Below, one piece after another: positions 26,602 to 38,169 of a stretch of 64,000 bases of DNA (within the stretch, counting starts at the first letter, position 1; every line of letters begins with the position of its first letter). The stretch is taken from NCBI GenBank assembly GCA_973851085.1, contig OZ316775.1:16616001-16680000 (forward strand), in the 5' to 3' direction. Made by a program: the position numbers and the translations under genes. Under the pieces are notes generated by a model that was given only the letters and a program-made list of their open reading frames with translations, ran no database searches and was not told the origin of the DNA. The stretch is from Ptychomitrium polyphyllum. Its lineage: Eukaryota.

Positions 26602-27870
26602 CTAGTATCCCCCCTTCAGGTCGTTAACGACATCGTAAGGAATGGGAGTAACGGTCTCTAGGGTAGACGAGTCCAGGACGAATCCGCTCCTCGGACCAGC
26701 AGGCTGACGCTTCAGGTCCACGGTCTCACCCCTAGCCTTGGCCTCGGCCTTCTTGATGTCATTGCTCTTGCGGCGCTCAAGGAACTCCTCCCGGCAGCGT
26801 GAAGGCTGCACGTGCTCGATACGCACATGCAGACGCTTCTGGATGATCCTGTTTCCAACCTGCAAGATGGGGGGTTCCGTGACCGTGGTCAAAATCGAGA
26901 CACCTATTGTGCTTGGCCGACGAATCAACATCTTAACGGCCATCTATCACCTGACTCAACACAAAAACAACGGTGGCCGGGACTTGGAGCAAGTGCAAAC
27001 ACACAATCACATGGTATGCACAGCGGAAGACCTATTTCTTAGACCGGGGGATGCTGAATGCTGAAACGAACTGTTCGTGAGAGGCGCTAGCAAGTGCACG
27101 ACTGACGAAGTCCAGGAACAGCAACACCACCCGTAGTAGTGACAGACGGGTGGACGAGCATAAAAACATGAACAAGTCGCTATCTTGCCTGTACAATTGT
27201 GGCACAAAGAGCCAAGGAAACCCAGTCCCACCCGTGTGAACCCTAAGCAATGGCCAAGACTTCTACGGCTGACACCGTACTCTAAGAAGCCCTAATACTC
27301 TGGATGCAATGACAAGAGCGAGAGAAAGAGCATTCGAAACACCAACTGCTAACGACACCAATAAGCAAAAACCCCAGTTCCACAGTGCCAGCCAGTCCCG
27401 GGCAAGGCTAAAAGCCAAACCAAACCCTAATGAACACCACCACCAGTAAACAAAGCCCTAATAAACACCCAACACCGTCGAAAAGACGGACACTTCCCGC
27501 TTCACAACACAACCCTTCCTACCTCTCAAAACGAATCCGAGCACGAACCCATTCCAGCAAGACAACCACACCAACGGTACAACAATCACCGCCGCAGCCG
27601 TCACACCCCAAGAAAAAATAAAGTGCGCCATACCTGCTTGTTCATGACGACACCGACGGCGCGCTTGGTGACGTTCCAGACGATACCGGTGCGGCCATGG
27701 TAGAACTTGTGGGGCATGCCCTTGTGAATGGCGCCGTTCACCTTGATGTCCACATAGTCGCCGATCTTGAAGGTGCGCAGGTAGGTGGTCAAGGGGATGT
27801 ACCCTTTGTGCCGGAAGGGCCTGGAGAACAGGTCCCGGGTGCGGGAGCGCAGACCATGGCCGGCCGGCAT
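26602..27870 (-). CDS. RPL21: 60S ribosomal protein L21 (eL21), copy 1, 164 aa; exons 27870-27634, 26859-26602
   Basis: [15 protein letters not shown]...[14 protein letters not shown]...[10 protein letters not shown]...[14 protein letters not shown]; 774-nt GT-AG intron. Confidence 0.98.
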
Positions 27871-27959
27871 TGTTGCTGCTGCTGTGGTGCGGTCAGGGTC
27901 CCTGCACGCTAACGGGAGAAGGCGAGAGAGAAAGGCTCTGAGCTTCGCCCTTCACCCTT

Positions 27960-27967
27960 AAACCCTA
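27960..27967. promoter_or_regulatory. Telo-box AAACCCTA near the RPL21 copy 1 transcription start
   Basis: Exact motif, typical of plant ribosomal protein genes; mirror copy at 42520-42527. Confidence 0.7.
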
Positions 27968-29268
27968 AACTCGCCAATTTCTCCGACCCTCGCAATTGTG
28001 GTGCGTCGGGCCTGGGAAGCTTGGCCTGAAGCTCAGCTGCGCTCGGCCGTTGGATCATCTATCCAGCCGTTCGATTCGTTTGGAAGGGAACGGAGCCAAC
28101 ACTGGAACGCACCCACGGGAGCGACGTGGCTTGTTCGCGGGGAGTGAGGGAAATGGTGCTGCGTATTATTTGTTTGTGGAGATGGAGAGTTCGGCCAGAG
28201 TTGAGGGAGTCGCCGAGAACAATAGGACTTGTGACGAACGGATTCAAGGGATGAAAAGGAAATGTTGGTTCTGTGAAGGCATTGAACTTGGAAAACTCTG
28301 GAACTAATAAATGGAAACATTATGCTGATTCATGATGTAAGGAGCATGGTTTGTGTGGACCAAGGCATGCTCGTAGAACGCTTATGATGATTAGGTATTT
28401 TGTTTCCAGTATTTAAAGTTTTTATGAAGTAATATGTATTAATTTTGTTTTGTTTATTTTGAAACTTGGCGTATGCTCAATGTTATTAAGAATATTCGTT
28501 ATCCTAATTTGACAACTTTTGTAAAAAGTTAAATTAAAGAAAATCATTTACTTATTCAAAATGAAAAATTGTGCACCACTAAATTTATCATAATCAATAA
28601 TTCACCAATAACCAGATTTATTTATAGTAATTTAAAATGGTCACTAGATTGAAGATTAAGATTTATGATTTCACCTCTTTATGAACAAGAGTGTATAGTA
28701 TACATTGTTCTTTGGCTTTAAGTGAAGATCAAGCACAATCTTTGTTTTTTGTTATAATATTATTTATATTTTTTATAATCTACGTTAAATTTACTTTAAT
28801 AATGAATTTTGATTTTTGTAAATCCAAAAAATGAATTTGGTATTAATATTTAGCTTTGGTAGGCATTGTGTTTGTAATGTGATGTATTTTAATGATGAGT
28901 ATTTTATTTTGTAATAACAAAACTTGTAAAATAAACTTCGTTATTATTTCATTTTTAAACTTCTTTCTTTATATAATACTATATAATGGAATGGGAACCT
29001 ATAAAGGTGTGAAGTTTCAAGCAAAATGAAATGTTGATTATTAGGTATATTTGTCATTTTGAAATAAAGGTTGAATTAAATATATAACATTAACTATTGT
29101 CTTGTCTTGTTTTTTTTTTCTTTAATTAGTAGAAGGCTCAAAAAACATTAAATTTTGGTACAATACCATTGTAACATTATACAATGCATTTGAATTAATA
29201 AGTATTGTTCTTCATATTGGTCTCTAATTACTACAATAATCATTAGAGTTTGATTCTTTAGAAGTTGG

Positions 29269-29490
29269 TGTTACAAACATATCTTAAAAGCTTCTAAAAT
29301 GACCAAGAAAATCAAAGGAAGTTTAGGAAGATTTCTAAAAGGTTCAAGAAGATCTCAAGTATTCTTAAAAGATTTAAACATCTTTAAAAAATTGCTAAAG
29401 AAACTACCTTTGGCTTAGGACATTCAAATGAGTCCCAAAAGCTTCCAAAGTAACAAATATGGAGCTTCTTCAAAAGCTTCCAAGGAATTA
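29269..29490 (+). mobile_element. Degenerate 5' fragment of a family B-like LTR
   Basis: Starts TGTTACAAACATA and has AAGCTTCCAAGG-type repeats like the LTRs at 48522 and 54243. Confidence 0.55.
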
Positions 29491-32161
29491 TAGGTTTATG
29501 AATTATTTTTTAAAAAAAATTAAAAATATATTTTTTATTTTATTTTATTTTAAAAAATAAACAAATATGTGTAGAGAGATAGATGGATATTAGAGACGAG
29601 ATTGTAGGAATCATTTAATTTAGAAACATATTTTTTTAATTTAGCTCAGATCTTTTGGCCTTGTAACTATTTGTGATTCCTAGCTCTTAATATACAGTCT
29701 AATAATTCCATCTATTTATCTTAAATTGTTGTCTTATATTTCCATTCATAATAATTGATCCAAGTGCAAGACTTCACTTGCTACAAATTCTTAGCTTAGA
29801 ACAATCTCTTTATTTACACAATACAACATCATAATAAATATATAAGTGACCAAATTATTTATTTAACAAAAAATTATGATAACAATTTTTGGTAACTGCT
29901 TCTACCACATTACATGTATGTATAATGAAGGCTTCAACAAACCAAATTCTAATGCCAAACCTTTAGAACAATCAAATTAAAACCCTGCTTTTGACTAAAA
30001 TAACCTTCAAATACTCATAAAAAATCTTAGCTTTTAAAACCCAATAAATGCATAATTTGCCAAATTCCACCATGTTCTTTAAACAATTTCTACCAATTAA
30101 TATTCACAACTACAACAACTTTATGTAGCATATCTCATTTTTAAAAATAAACCATTAATTACCACATGAAAAAATTTCAATTCAATATTTATAGCAATTT
30201 TTTTTTATTAATAATGAATTTATAAGATTTAACTTGCCATTTTGATTGACATTTATTAAAAAGCTAGAAGATGAAAATTGTTAGAGTTACAATCATGAAA
30301 TAAAGAAAAAAATTATAAAGGCATTAAAGAGTCAATTTGGAAATAATAAAGAAATTATAATCAATGCTAAATCTAATTGATAAAGTTTCCACATGCAAGC
30401 AGTTGGCATTATGAAAGACTCCAAAACCAAATAAGACTCTGAAGCCAAAGTCTAATATATAATGTTAGAGGAGCAAGAACAAACAATGTTGAAAGAAGGA
30501 GGTGCAAATAATGTTGGAAGAAAGAAGCAGAGAAAATTCCAATTTGAAAAGACAAAATATAATTGACTGTCATTAGAAAATGACCTACTTTATATTTCTT
30601 CCAACTTCCATGGTAATAATTTACAAATACTAAGAATATTGAAATTTGTAATTCAAAAGTATTGACTTCAACAATACTGATGCTACATAGCTTGTATTTT
30701 TTTTTGTATCTTATTTTGGCTATGATTATACGTTATGCCACTTTTATCGTTTTATATATCTTATTTTATTTACTAATAGAATTATAATATATTAAAAAGG
30801 CACGGATGCATTTAATCATGTAAAATTCTATCCACAATTCCATAAATACCCTCAATGCAATCACCTTGGCTTATTACTCTTAAAATAGGAAAATTGCATG
30901 CTTCAATCGTTCCTCTCATCATTTTTCTTTACATAAAGCAAATTCAACCTCATTACTTTTGACCTTCAAATAATTCCAAGACCTCTAATAAATTCTAATC
31001 AATTTACCACCACATCTACAACAACCTTTGTTTCTTCCATACAATAGAAAAAACACCCATTTGAATTTCCTACAAAATTTGTAATAGACCATAAATATGA
31101 AAAATGCCTAAAAGACATATATATATTTTTAAATGCAAACAATTTTTGACAATGAAGAACATCAAATAACTCTAAATAAATTTGGTGGTTACTACAATTA
31201 AAAGTATTTCCTTAGAACAACCAAAGAATCATTTACCATCAACTTTATAGTGTTAATTTAATACTACACAAAAATTCAATGTTATATGTATATTATTACG
31301 GACAAAGTAACCACATGATAAGGCTTCAGGATTCCTGAATGTGGAACAAGATAAATCAAATGTATATTAGAAGTAAAGAATTACAATAAGGTACAAAAGA
31401 CAAGGCCAAAAAGTCTGAAGTACACCACAAGAGATGCATTGTTGAAACTAAAGATCTCAACAGCCTTAACTCTATATATATTAGAATTACAAGCCTTGGA
31501 AGCTTCTTGGATAGCTTTTATTACATTGCTTTGTATTAAAGCAACTATTAAGGACACAAGAAACAAGAAACAAAAACAAAGTGTTTCCCAAGAATTAGCT
31601 TCCAAAGAGCTAATGATTAACAAGAACTTGATACAAAGACTAGAACAAGGTTGGATTCAAGATGATCCACAACTTGTGTTGGCAAGACTAAGGAATACCT
31701 TGTCTTGCCTCCTATTTATACTATGACGTTTGTATCTACTAGGATACTTCTAAAGAAGCTTCCTACAAGGCTTAAGAATGTTTTGGAAGTCTAGGGAACC
31801 TTCCCAAGAAGTTTCTTAAGATGTTGGAACCTTCCTTAGAGTCTTCCAAGGAGTTGGAACCTTCCTTGGAAGTTTCCTAAGGTAGTGGAACCTTCTTAGG
31901 AAGTTTCCTCAAGGGATAGAATTTTTCTAGGAAGTTTCATAAGATGATAGAACCTTCCTAGAAAGTTTCTGAAGGTGAAGGAACTTTCCTAGGAAGCTTC
32001 CTAAAAACATCAAAAGACTATGGAGAAATCTAAAAGTATTATAAGAAGCTATTATAGTCTTCTAGAATGTTCTAAGGACTATGTTGCATGATCTATGTCC
32101 GTGACATCACCTCCCCATTTAGCAACAAGTCCTATGAGGAGTTCTTTTCTTGACTTGCTTA

Positions 32162-32599
32162 TCACATTTCTACAAATTCCAAAATTTGTCGAAGGAATGA
32201 AGCAACATACTCTGCTCGTTGTTCTTTATTCACTGGTTCAACTAGTCCTAGCAAGAAGCGCCGATAGCCACCAGCCAAGACTTTTGTTGTTGAAATGTCC
32301 CATCTCAAGATCTGGTCTTGATTAAGTCCTTGAAAACATCCTCCAAACAAGATTTCGGGTCCTCCAGGAGTGACTCTTCCAATTTCTAACAAGATGACTA
32401 GAGCGCGAGCATCTAAATCAAGACTCGAATGTGAAGGGCGACTAGTCAATACTTCTGTAGGAAGTCGTACTCGACGTTGGAATGTCCCTTCCATATCTTG
32501 ACTTAGATCCTTCGTTACCGAGGGCTGAGAAAGTTGAGTTCGCTCAACAGATGATGTTGTTGATGAAGGCATGGCCGACTGCTTTTCACGCATATCCAT
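32162..32599 (-). CDS. Putative extra ORF (145 aa) between pol and PPT of the family A element
   Basis: Uninterrupted ORF MDMREKQ...YVASFLRQILEFVEM*, similar at protein level to the ORF in the same position of the family B element (53846-54190). Confidence 0.6.
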   Translation of the reverse strand: MDMREKQSAMPSSTTSSVERTQLSQPSVTKDLSQDMEGTFQRRVRLPTEVLTSRPSHSSLDLDARALVILLEIGRVTPGGPEILFGGCFQGLNQDQILRWDISTTKVLAGGYRRFLLGLVEPVNKEQRAEYVASFLRQILEFVEM

Positions 32600-32760
32600 G
32601 ATAATACAAAGATTTGACATACTGACTAGGATTTGAAAATGATCTATCTTGGAAATAATGCTGCATACAATTGGAGGTTTAGATATCTTTCCTTCCTTCT
32701 TATACTTATCTATGAAGGAAAAACTTCTCTGTAAAGCTAACGGCTGCTGATGACACATCA

Positions 32761-35700
32761 TCACTGACCTAATTTCTGAGGATATCTTTGATGAAATTTG
32801 CATACCTTCTTGGATGCATTTGTTACATTTTATGAAGGTTCCCATGTTTAGTCAATGATGCCATATCCTTGCCAATGTATAAGGTACTCCACACGTCCGT
32901 TCTTGATGCGTGAATTTAAGATCTCTTCTACTTCATATTCAATTTCATTATTGATTTCCAGCGGAGGAGGCGGAGGGACAATTTTCTCTGGTATACATGA
33001 TTTGTTATAGGTTTCCAATAATGATATGTGGAATACAGGATGAATTTGCATGCTTGGTGGTAGCTTTAGGCGATAACTAACCGGATTTATTTGTTTGCTG
33101 ATTTCAAACGGTCCCAGCCTTTGATAGTCCAACTTCTTTAATGGTCTTTTTGTCTGTATATTTTGTTGTAGGAACCATACGCTATCTCCAACCTTGAACT
33201 TTGGATGGTCTTTTTGATGGCGATCTGCATAAGTTTTGTAACGATTTTGAGCTTGTTGTAACTGGAAAGTAATTTCTTGATGGATTTTAGCAAGTTGAAT
33301 TGCAAAATCCTCTGTTGCAGGGCTTCCAACATGCTTCACTTGAAATGGATCTGTTTGAGGATGATGGCCATAGTTTGCAAAGAATGGACTTTGAATTGTT
33401 GAAGAATGCACCGTATTGTTGTAAGCAAATTCTGCCAAAGGCAAGAGATCCATCCAATTGTCTTGCTGGTAATTTATGCTACAATGAAGGTACTGTTCCA
33501 AAATTTGATTTATACGTTCGGTTTGGCCATCAGTTTGCGGATGGTGTGCTGAAGAAAGATTGATCTTTAAACGCAACAGCTGGAATAGAGCCCTCCAAAA
33601 GTTGGAAATGAACTGCGGCCCCCAATCGGATACAATATCATCTGGTAGTCCATGTATACGGTAGACGTGATTTAGGAACAACTTGGCAGTTTCTTCTCTC
33701 GTTATTGTCTTGTTGCATAGAATGAAATGTGCCATTTTGGTAAATCGATCTACCACTACCAAAATAGAATCCTTAGAATCGGAATTTGGAAGGTCCGTGA
33801 TAAAATCCATTGATAAAGACAACCATGGGCCCTTTGGCACTGGAAGCGGATGGAGGAGACCATGAGGTTGGTATCTTGGTACCTTGGCTCTTGCACAAGT
33901 GTTGCATGATCAGATAAAGTCCTTTACGTACTTCCACATTTGTGACCACCAATAGTCTCTAGCAATCAACTCCATTGTTTTATTGAATCCAAAATGTCCT
34001 GCTGCTGAAAAATCATGACGTACTTGAAGGATCTTCAACCGCAAAGGGCCTGGAGGTAGGTACAAAAGTCCTTTATAATAAAGGAGGCCCTCTTGGAATT
34101 CAAAATCCTCAACGCTATTTGAAGGACCTCCATTGTCTTTGAGGCGCTTCTTTATATTTGAAACAAAAACATCATTCTTTAAAGCCTTTTGAATTTTGTC
34201 AAGATGGGATGTTGTCGTAATAATTGTTGCTTTCAATTAAAGATTCTCTGCCTTTCATAAAATAATCCTTTGTTGATTCAAAACATCATCTCCAAGTTGA
34301 GGAGCTAAATAAGATCTTTGAAATAAGGCATCTGACTTACCTTGCAAGCTACCAGATTGATAGGTAATGACAAAGTCAAATCTGGAAAGCGACATACTCT
34401 ACCTTGCTTGACGGCAATTCAAAACACGCGCATTCATGAAGTACTCCAAGTTCTTGTGGTCTGTGTATATCGTGATGGTATGTTGAGCTCCTTCCAATAA
34501 GTGTCGCCATTCTTCAAACACATCCACAATTGCAAGTAGTTCTTTATCATGTATATCATAGTTGATCTCTGCCGCTAAAAACTTCTTTGAACAAAAGGCA
34601 AGAAGGTGAAGTCTCCCGTCTTCATCATATTGTGAGAGTACTGAGCCAAGCGCAAAATCTGAGGCATTCGCTTCCAAATAAAAAAGCTTTGATGGATTTG
34701 GATGAATAAGAATTGGAGCCAACGTGAATGACTTCTTAAGACTTTGAAATGTTTTTTCCGCCTCTTCATCCCAAATGAATTTTTGCTTCTCCGTAAGACT
34801 TGTCAATGGTGCCGCAACCTTGGAATAATTCTTGATGAATATTCTGTAGAAGTTTGCAAATCCCAAGAAGCATTGAACATCTCGAATTGATCTTGGCGTA
34901 CTCCACTCTATGACAGTGCTTATTTTCTTCTTATCCATATGGATTCCTCCTTTGAAAATGATGTAGCCTAAAAATTCAACCGATGATTCATGGAAAAGGC
35001 ACTTCTCCAATTTGGCATATAATCCTCGCTGGCGTAGTTTTTCTAAGACCAGTCGCACATGACATTTGTAGTCTTGTTCATCCTTTGAATATATCAAAAT
35101 ATCATCTAAGTAGATGACTACAAAATTATCCAGATGTTCATAGAAGATATCATTTATCATATGTTGAAAGACTGCGGGAGCATTAGTAAGGCCAGAAGGC
35201 ATGACATTCAAAATGACCATACCTAGATCAAAAAGTTGTCTTCCATTCGTCTCCTTCTTTGATGCGTACAAGATTGTAGGCTCTTTTAAAATCAATTTTG
35301 GTGAATATCTTTGCTTGGCCAAGTTGTTGTAGGAGTCCTGAGATTAATGGTAATGGATAGCGATTCTTTTTTGTTACTTTATTGAGGCCTCAATAGTCTA
35401 CGCACATATGTAATGATCCATCTTTCTTCTTTACAAATAGAATGGATGCTTTAGCAGGTGATTTAGAATGTTGAATGAAACCCTTTCCAAGGTTTTCATC
35501 AATATATTCTCTCAAGGCAGCCAACTCAGTTTGTGATAAGTTATAAATAGGTCCAAAAGGTAGTTGGGCTCCTTCTTGCAACTCAATGGTACAATCGTAG
35601 GGCCGGTGCTTTGATAACATGTCCGCATTCTTCTTCTCAAAAATGTCTTTATAATCTTGATATTGACGAGGTATGTTTTGATTAGTCTCTATTGTAGAGC

Positions 35701-37258
35701 TAGACATTGGCGTGGCATAAATGGCATAGATTGGTTCATCATTTGCCGCTCTCATAAATGCCTTAGCTCCAATAAATGATGGTCCAAGATTTCTTGTACC
35801 TTGACGTCTTTTCCTTGAGACCACACTCCGTGAGCGCCATTCAATGTCTAGATTATGTAATTCAAACCAAGGAAGGCCCAAAACAATAGAATTCATTCGG
35901 CATTGAATGATGTTGAAGACAATCTTAGATGCCTAGTCTCTTAAAACAACCTCTAAGGGTTGAGTTTTTTCAATAACGTTGCCAAATGCAAGAGATCGTC
36001 CATCAATAACTTCAACAGGTGCGAGATATTTTTTCTTCACACGCATTATGTGATGTTTGGTTGCAAAATCCTTGTCCATAAAACATGCCGTTGCACTAGT
36101 GTCTAAGAGAGCCTCACTAATTATTTCATCATCTAACAATTTAATTTTGATAGGAAATATAAAACAAGAGGTAGGGCTTGAAGGTAGTAAGAGACCTTAA
36201 TTTGATGGTGGTTTTTGTGGTGTCCAGTTGCATGGTCCCTACTGTGACTGGACAGCCTCGTTTTTCAACTCCACCATTGTGCTTTGAGCCTTAAAGGTAG
36301 ATCCTTTGATTTGGCAATCGCGCACTTTATGTCCAGACTTGCCACAATACAAACATAGGTGTTCTCTTTGACGCCTTTCTTTTTCTTTTAGAGTCAAACG
36401 TCTGAACTAGGCAGCATCAATTTGTATAGGTTCTGGTCCTTGTGGTCGATTTTCCAATATTCTTGAAGAAGTGGTAGCCATGCTTTGATGTACTGGTCGC
36501 CATCCCAAGCGTTGTTTTTGGCGCCTCTCAAATAGTCTATTGTCACATGCTATTGCTTAAATGATGAATTTGTCCAATGTTTCAACTCTTGGCATTGTGA
36601 GTAGCAAGTCCTTCACATTCTCTCTTAAGCCCCATCAAAATTGTGTCACCAAGGCTTTATCATTCCAATCAAGGTCGCAAGCTAATTGTTGAAACTCTGC
36701 AGCATATGTAACAGTTGAGCGCTGTCCTTGTTGGAGACTCTAGATCCTTGTTTCAGCCACTCTCTCTCGGTCGGTGTCTCCAAAAGTAGATGTCAATGCT
36801 TCTATAAAAGCATCTAAGTTGTTAAATAATGGTGACTATTTTTCCACTAGTGTTGCAAACCACGGTAGTGCATTGTTTGATAAAAGAGTGGCCACAAATT
36901 CTACTTAAGTTGTGCCATCAGGATAGCAAGATTGATACAAATTAAGGAAGAGTCTTACTTGTTGAACAAAGCCTCTCAATTTTGATCTTGATCCATCGAA
37001 CTTGTTTGATATGCAAATCTTTGGCTCTGCATGGATTCGACATAAGCCTTCTCTTCCAATATTGGCCTCTTACAATTGAACAAGCTCTCGATATAAGCTT
37101 TGAATATCACCATTAGATTCTTCAGCTTGCCGAGTATGTTGCTCCAAATTGTTGGTGGTATTAAAACGAGCGAGTTCCGTTCAAACTGTGTTTAATAACT
37201 CTTAAAGGTCTGCATTAGTTGCAAACCTATTCTCTAATGTTCCAGGCACGTTATCCAT
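32761..37258 (-). pseudogene. gag-pol of the family A element, interrupted by stops and frameshifts
   Basis: Fragmented ORFs 35933-36139, 35390-35896, 34399-35322, 33910-34236 and 32848-33840; gag about 37258-36239. Confidence 0.9.
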
Positions 37259-38169
37259 TTCTTAAAACTCTCAAAGACAGAAAGACTATGAGTACCTTCG
37301 AAGGAAGAAAATCCACGTCCTTTGAAAGAAATAATACTTGATTCTAGAAGGAGAAACCAACTCTATGGTGCCAACTTAGAGGAGGGTAATCCGCAACCTC
37401 TAAGACTCTATGGAATCCTAAAGAAGATGGGTAATCCACAACCTTCTTTAAAGAACCTTAACTCTGACAAAGATGAAAAGTAGTCTTGCCAAATTGTTAG
37501 GGACACAAGAAACAAGAAGCAAAAACGAAGTGTTTCCCAAGAATTAGCTTCCAAAGAGCTAATGATTAACAAGAACTTGATACAAAGACTAGAACAAGGT
37601 TGGATTCAAGATGATCCACAACTTGTGTTGGCAAGACTAAGGAATACCTTGTCTTGCCTCCTATTTATACTATGACGTTTGTATCTACTAGGATACTTCT
37701 AAAGAAGCTTCCTACAAGGCTTAAGAATGTTTTGGAAGTCTAGGGAACCTTCCCAAGAAGTTTCTTAAGATGTTGGAACCTTCCTTAGAGTCTTCCAAGG
37801 AGTTGGAACCTTCCTTGGAAGTTTCCTAAGGTAGTGGAACCTTCTTAGGAAGTTTCCTCAAGGGATAGAATTTTTCTAGGAAGTTTCATAAGATGATAGA
37901 ACCTTTCTAGGAAGTTTCCTAAAATGATGGAACCTTCGTAGGAAGTTTCATAGGAAGTTTCATGAGAAGTTTCCTAAGATGAGAGAACCTTCCTAGGAAG
38001 TTTCCAAAGATGGAGGAACCTTCGTAGGAAACTTTTTAAGATCATGGAAAGATTATGGAGACATCTAAAAATATTCTAAGAAGCTATTATAGTATACTAG
38101 AAGGTTCTAGAATGTTCTAAGGACTATGTTGCATCATCTATGTCTGTGACACCAACCTTGAGTTGCTTC

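Larger units (their letters stand above)
26461..27973 (-). repeat. Left arm of a 1513-bp inverted repeat (partner 42514-44026)
   Basis: Coordinates pair with a constant sum of 70487, so there are no indels. No mismatches were seen in the exon, intron and UTR segments compared. Confidence 0.95.
31546..38151 (-). mobile_element. Full-length decayed chromodomain Ty3/Gypsy retrotransposon (Tcn1-like, family A); 5' LTR 37495-38151, 3' LTR 31546-32106
   Basis: Domain order gag (CLYCGKSGHKVRDC), protease (LLDTSA), RT (YLDDILI), RNase H, integrase (SMDFITDLP, HPQTDGQTER), chromodomain (EYEVEEIL..YLIHWQGY). PPT at 32107-32121; TSD GCAAC/CCAAC. Confidence 0.95.

Noticed and set aside
29600..31250. Possible DNA-transposon (hAT-like) relic
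   Set aside because: Too eroded; no convincing transposase motif or terminal inverted repeats could be read
32600..32845. N-terminal 82 aa of the 227-aa ORF in the ORF track
   Set aside because: Partly overlaps the chromodomain in another frame and has no counterpart in element B; the start was placed at ATG 32599
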